Shown here: piece after piece, positions 32,598-37,828 of the stretch
Layout: every line of letters starts with the position of its first letter
How positions within the stretch are numbered: the first letter of the stretch is position 1
Assembly (NCBI GenBank): GCA_012862495.1
Contig: BLSG01000090.1
Location: 213,041-250,868 of the forward strand
DNA from: Thraustochytrium aureum
Lineage: Eukaryota
Direction of reading: 5' to 3'
Length of the DNA stretch: 37,828 nucleotides
Notes under the pieces: model-generated
Seen by the model: the letters and a program-made list of their open reading frames with translations, nothing else
Told to the model about the DNA's origin: nothing
The model's database searches: none
Made by a program: the position numbers and the translations under genes

Positions 32598-32722
32598 CAA
32601 TCACCTCGCCCGCCCGCCGCTCCGCGCCTCGCGAGGCGCCCCTACGCGCTAGCTTCGCGCGTCCACCGAGCAGCCACGCAACGGCGAGGCGACAACCGGG
32701 GTCGCTCAATCACTCAATCACT

Positions 32723-32746
32723 CAGACAAGACAGACAGACAGACAG
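32723..32746. repeat. (CAGA)n microsatellite running into a gap; the same unit flanks the gap ending at 24591
   Basis: Read directly from the sequence at 32723-32746 and 24592-24604. Confidence 0.85.
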
Positions 32747-33527
32747 NNNNNNNNNNNNNNNNNNNNNNNNNNNNNNNNNNNNNNNNNNNNNNNNNNNNNN
32801 NNNNNNNNNNNNNNNNNNNNNNNNNNNNNNNNNNNNNNNNNNNNNNNNNNNNNNNNNNNNNNNNNNNNNNNNNNNNNNNNNNNNNNNNNNNNNNNNNNNN
32901 NNNNNNNNNNNNNNNNNNNNNNNNNNNNNNNNNNNNNNNNNNNNNNNNNNNNNNNNNNNNNNNNNNNNNNNNNNNNNNNNNNNNNNNNNNNNNNNNNNNN
33001 NNNNNNNNNNNNNNNNNNNNNNNNNNNNNNNNNNNNNNNNNNNNNNNNNNNNNNNNNNNNNNNNNNNNNNNNNNNNNNNNNNNNNNNNNNNNNNNNNNNN
33101 NNNNNNNNNNNNNNNNNNNNNNNNNNNNNNNNNNNNNNNNNNNNNNNNNNNNNNNNNNNNNNNNNNNNNNNNNNNNNNNNNNNNNNNNNNNNNNNNNNNN
33201 NNNNNNNNNNNNNNNNNNNNNNNNNNNNNNNNNNNNNNNNNNNNNNNNNNNNNNNNNNNNNNNNNNNNNNNNNNNNNNNNNNNNNNNNNNNNNNNNNNNN
33301 NNNNNNNNNNNNNNNNNNNNNNNNNNNNNNNNNNNNNNNNNNNNNNNNNNNNNNNNNNNNNNNNNNNNNNNNNNNNNNNNNNNNNNNNNNNNNNNNNNNN
33401 NNNNNNNNNNNNNNNNNNNNNNNNNNNNNNNNNNNNNNNNNNNNNNNNNNNNNNNNNNNNNNNNNNNNNNNNNNNNNNNNNNNNNNNNNNNNNNNNNNNN
33501 NNNNNNNNNNNNNNNNNNNNNNNNNNN

Positions 33528-36500
33528 TGTTCTTTGTGTGGTCCTTGGGCTCCTTGCACTTGGAGCTGTACACCTGGTCCATGCCCTCGAGCGCCTCAAC
33601 CTTGCTAAAGTTCTCGATCAGCGACGAGATCGGCATCTCCTTGCACTCCTCCTTGCACGCCGCCTCGACGCTCGAGTGCGTGTCGGCCACCTCCATTCCC
33701 AGGGCGATGCTCTGGTCCTTCATCGAGTGGGCCAGCCCCCAGTCCACAGCAATTGCCGAACCCGGCTCGAGCGCGTGCAACGACATCAGCTCCGCGTCAG
33801 GAATAATCGGGCAACCCGTGCAAGACTTGTACCACGGGCAGCGCCCGCACGTCCCACCCGGGCGCGTAACGCGCGTCAGCTTGAACCCGAACAAGCGGCG
33901 GATCGCCTCATCAGAGGTCGGCGCGGGGCGCGGCCCGTCCTCGTCGGTATCCTCGAGCACTGGCTGACCCCGAGCTGGTTGGCAACGAGCTGGTAAAGGC
34001 CGGCGCCAGAAACCTTGTCCAGGTGAATCATGAGCACGAAAGGCTGGCCCACCGCAGTCACGCGGTAAGGGTTGAGAAAGTAGCACGAGTGCTTGTGCCA
34101 CTGGCGCTGCTCCACTTTGACGAGCGCGGCCGGCATCTCCTTGACCTCAAGGCTATCGCCAGACACGGCAATCGTGCGAAACTGGCGCGCCGTCTCGCTG
34201 GCGGGGGCGCCGCTCCCCGTCGGGAACCGAATCTCCCACTTGTTCGCCTTGCGCCGGCCGACGACGACTGCCAGGATCGGCTCGCCCCGGTTGCGCGAAT
34301 ACACGACCTGGGCGCCAACGTGCAGATTTGGCGAGCCCGGCATGGCGCTTGCGGCGTCCTCCACCTCGCCGCCCTCGGGGTCGTCATCGCCCTCCTCTAC
34401 GTCCCCCAAGAGCTTTGGGCTGTCGCTGCCAAGGGGGGAAAGGGGCCCCTTGCCAGAGTCCTGCATGCTGAGGCGCAGCGGCCCGCTTGCGTGCGAATAG
34501 TCGATGCGCGGAACCTCAAAGGCGAACAAGGGGTCGCGCTCGCGCAGCGTGTCGAGCGCGCGGTCGTCGTCCGCGACCGCCTGAACCTGCCGCTCATACA
34601 CAAAGGCCAGCACGAGGTGGGCGGCGTCCAAGGCAACGGGCGGGCGCCGCTCGACCTTGTTGACCTTTTCGTCACTTGGCCCGTCTCGCCTGGCCGCAGC
34701 TCGAGGAGCGCGGCCTTGACGTCGCCAAAGTTGCCGGTCTTGTTCACGCGAACACTGCAGACGAGCGGCGGACGCGCCGCGTCGCAGAAAACGACGTTGA
34801 CTGTCACGGTGCGCAGCGGCGAGTCGGGCAGGGGCAGGGACAGGTACATGTACGGCTCGAACCGCGCCGATTGGTACTTGCAGTCCGCGCACTCGAGCAG
34901 GGACTTGAACTGGCCCGTAAACAGGGCGGTTACAACGCTGAGCTCGCGACGAAGGTGCGTTTCCCACCACTCGCGCGCGACGATGTCGTCGGCGCGCCCG
35001 TCCGAGTCCTTGAGTTCCACGTATGTCTTGTACTTGATGCGGTTTAGGTCCTCGGAAAGGCCGTCGAGCAACGAGCTGAGCACCTCGGAGGCGTCCTGCT
35101 GCTCAAACCCGGAGAATCGGCCGTCCCACTTGGCCAATTCCTTCTTGAACCTGCGCGGGGCGAGGAAGGGGGCGACGGTGCCAGACCCGCGCGCGGCGTT
35201 GCGCGCGTCCCAGACCGACCGCATCAGGTCGGCAAAAGCATCCGCTAGCTGCCCGCGCGTCGTGCTGCGCGAGGTCGTGTTGACGTCCACGACGTACGAC
35301 CCATCCAAAAAGTAGTTCTTGAACAGCTCGGTGTGCAGCAGGCACTNNNNNNNNNNNNNNNNNNNNNNNNNNNNNNNNNNNNNNNNNNNNNNNNNNNNNN
35401 NNNNNNNNNNNNNNNNNNNNNNNNNNNNNNNNNNNNNNNNNNNNNNNNNNNNNNNNNNNNNNNNNNNNNNNNNNNNNNNNNNNNNNNNNNNNNNNNNNNN
35501 NNNNNNNNNNNNNNNNNNNNNNNNNNNNNNNNNNNNNNNNNNNNNNNNNNNNNNNNNNNNNNNNNNNNNNNNNNNNNNNNNNNNNNNNNNNNNNNNNNNN
35601 NNNNNNNNNNNNNNNNNNNNNNNNNNNNNNNNNNNNNNNNNNNNNNNNNNNNNNNNNNNNNNNNNNNNNNNNNNNNNNNNNNNNNNNNNNNNNNNNNNNN
35701 NNNNNNNNNNNNNNNNNNNNNNNNNNNNNNNNNNNNNNNNNNNNNNNNNNNNNNNNNNNNNNNNNNNNNNNNNNNNNNNNNNNNNNNNNNNNNNNNNNNN
35801 NNNNNNNNNNNNNNNNNNNNNNNNNNNNNNNNNNNNNNNNNNNNNNNNNNNNNNNNNNNNNNNNNNNNNNNNNNNNNNNNNNNNNNNNNNNNNNNNNNNN
35901 NNNNNNNNNNNNNNNNNNNNNNNNNNNNNNNNNNNNNNCACCAGAGCCGCATGCGCTCCGCCCCGAGCAGCGAGTCCGCCCACGAGCCCTCGTCGCTGGA
36001 GCAGGGCTCGACCGAGTCGGCCGTCGAGCTGGCCCGCGAGTGGGCCGACTCGGCGCGCGCACGGGCGTCGCCCAGAGCGTCACCCAGGCACGCCAGGAAA
36101 ATCTTGCGCTCGAGCTCGACCATGCTCGTCCGGCGCGACACGACGATTTGCACGGCGTCCTCGGCGTCCGCATCGCTTGCAAAGCTCGAGGCGTCGCTCG
36201 CAAAGCTCGCGGAAGAGCAGCGCGAGGCGGCCGAGGCGGACGAGCCTTGAATCAAGTACCCCAGGTCGTTCTCGTCATCGCTCGACAGCGCAACACACCT
36301 CACGCAGAGCGAAAGCGGGTAGAGCTCGAGCTCTGGGTCGCCGCGCTCGGCAGCGATGACGTGCCGACGAAGGACAGGCCCGCCACCGTAAGCTTCCGCG
36401 AGGATTTGCCACGTGGCCGCGTTCACGAGCACAAAGTCGTAGCCAAAGTGGGCGTCTGGCCGCAGCGCGTAGAACGGCTCACTGCTGCGGCCACTGAGCG

Positions 36501-37622
36501 ACTCGTCGCACTCGTCCTCAAACTCCGATAGGTCGCGCGCTGCAGCGGCGCGCGAGCGAAGCAGGGCGCGGTTGTCGATGGGTCCTGGCCGAGTCCCGGG
36601 CTCAAGCTTGGCCAGGTCTTCGCTGGAAAGAAAGCACCCGGTATACTGCTTCCAGGCCTCGAACCAGGGTTTGCTGAGCACAAACCACCGGAGTCGCCCG
36701 GTCTGAGCGCGTCGAGCGTCGGGGCAACAAATACGTGGTGAACCTCTGTGCCCTCGCGCAGTAGGCTGCGGCTGCTTTGGTGCCGGTTGAGGGCGTGGGC
36801 GGGCAGGGGCCCGGCGCCGAGCGCGCGGATGGCACCTGGAACGTGCAGGTCGCGCGTGATACCACCCGAATCTGGGGAAATGGGCGAGGAAGGCGCAGAC
36901 CTTGACCTCTCGAAGGGCTGTGGGGACCCGAAGCCGTCGCTGAGCGGGGTGGTTTCCTCGAAGCGGATCCGAGACGGTGAGCGGGGCACTGCGGGCTGAC
37001 GGGCGACCTGCGGAATACTAAAGAGCGGCTCGAGGAGGCGCTGCCCGAGAGCGCTCGTCCAGCTCACGAGCGGCGCGGCCATGTACCGCGAGACGAGCCG
37101 CGCGAACTCCATCGTGTTGGCTTTGCGCGCGTCCAAGACCGTGCCCCCCTCATGCGCCGAGAGGCGAAAGGCTTCCGCGATTAGGGCGCGGCTCGAGAAG
37201 AGCTCTTCTGCGCTTGACCTATCGTCCTCGAGCAGGTCCGCGTACGCTTCTAGCTCGGCGCGAGCGAGAACTCCCAGCCCGCTCGTGTCGTAGATGGCCA
37301 CGAGGAACCTGAGCCTCTCCTCGACCATGCCACGGGCCAGCGCGCAAAGCCCGCAGAGCAGCTCGCTAAGCTCGAGCGTGCCGTCTCCGTTCAGGTCAAA
37401 CACGAAGAAAAGCCGCCTCGCCAGCGGGTCTGGCAAGTCCGGAAAGTCGGCGAGGAGGAGGTTGCGGAAGGTGGCATAGTCGATTGCGTTCAGGCCGCCC
37501 AGCGGGCTGGCCTTGCAAAGCCGGTCGAAGCCGTTCGCGAACGTGCGCAGCTCCAAGTCCGAAAACCGCTTCTTGGCCGCCTCCAGGCTCGGCAGCCGGT
37601 TCGCAGCGCTCACGTTGCCCAT
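33528..37622 (-). CDS. USP32: USP32-like ubiquitin-specific protease (EF-hands, DUSP, UBL, USP domain); Cys box in gap 35347-35938 and C-terminal His box in gap 32747-33527; frame breaks at ~36690, ~34680 and ~33970
   Basis: ATG at 37622 (MGNVS). EF-hand FFVFDLNGDGTLELSEL; DUSP WFVLSKPWFEAWKQY...PGPIDN...YGGGP...LELYP. USP motifs FSGFEQQDASEVLSSLLDGLSEDLNRI, SVVTALFTGQFKSLLECADC...RFEPYMYLSLPLP, plus the USP32-type CGRCPWYKSCTGC and IAVDW. Confidence 0.88.
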
Positions 37623-37665
37623 CTCGCCAGCCGGCGTGCTATTCGCACCCCGCGCCCGTCAGCGA

Positions 37666-37688
37666 GCGCAGCGCAGCGCAGCGCAGCG
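37666..37688. repeat. (GCGCA)n short repeat upstream of the USP32-like ATG
   Basis: About 4 copies read directly. Confidence 0.8.
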
Positions 37689-37828
37689 CGCCCGGCTCTC
37701 CTCACCAGCGCGCGACGCCCTGATCTACGGGCCAGAGCGCGCCTCGTGCGAGCGCGAGGTGCGCCACAGCTGGCGCTCCGCGCAGCGCAAGAGGTCTTTT
37801 TGATTGTGTGCTCCGTCCGCGGCGTTTT

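Noticed and set aside
1..37622. Functional calcium/calmodulin gene cluster (IQ proteins, CCDC47, CANT1, EF-hand USP)
   Set aside because: The genes act in unrelated compartments and pathways and such domains are common. There is no evidence of co-regulation without synteny or expression data.

Overview
This is eukaryotic nuclear DNA: GC-rich, gene-dense, intron-poor, from a draft scaffold with 11 N-gaps. The gene set and compactness suggest a protist, possibly a stramenopile such as a thraustochytrid (inference only). I can support 14 protein-coding genes. In order: an LRR + IQ-repeat protein, CCDC47, a cyclic-nucleotide-binding GYGD K+ channel with two GT-AG introns, an orphan NPPY amino-methyltransferase, a Spinster-like MFS transporter, NAPRT, NDUFAF5, a ZC3H15/Tma46-like protein, an IQ/coiled-coil protein, a CSPP1/CCDC66-like protein, a large ARM-like protein, PRA1, CANT1 apyrase and a USP32-like deubiquitinase. 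About 11 reading-frame breaks split six of these genes; most are repaired by adding one base to a short G/C run, so sequencing error is the likeliest cause. The most interesting observations are: (1) a Tma46/ZC3H15 homologue whose CCCH zinc fingers appear replaced by an OB-fold-like beta domain; (2) next to it, in a divergent promoter, a palindromic 21/22-bp alternating repeat array preceded by a hairpin cassette; (3) a standalone Dam-like NPPY methyltransferase with NLS-like basic ends; (4) a Tudor/SH3-like insert in the USP32 catalytic domain. No rRNA, tRNA, CRISPR array or transposase was recognised.
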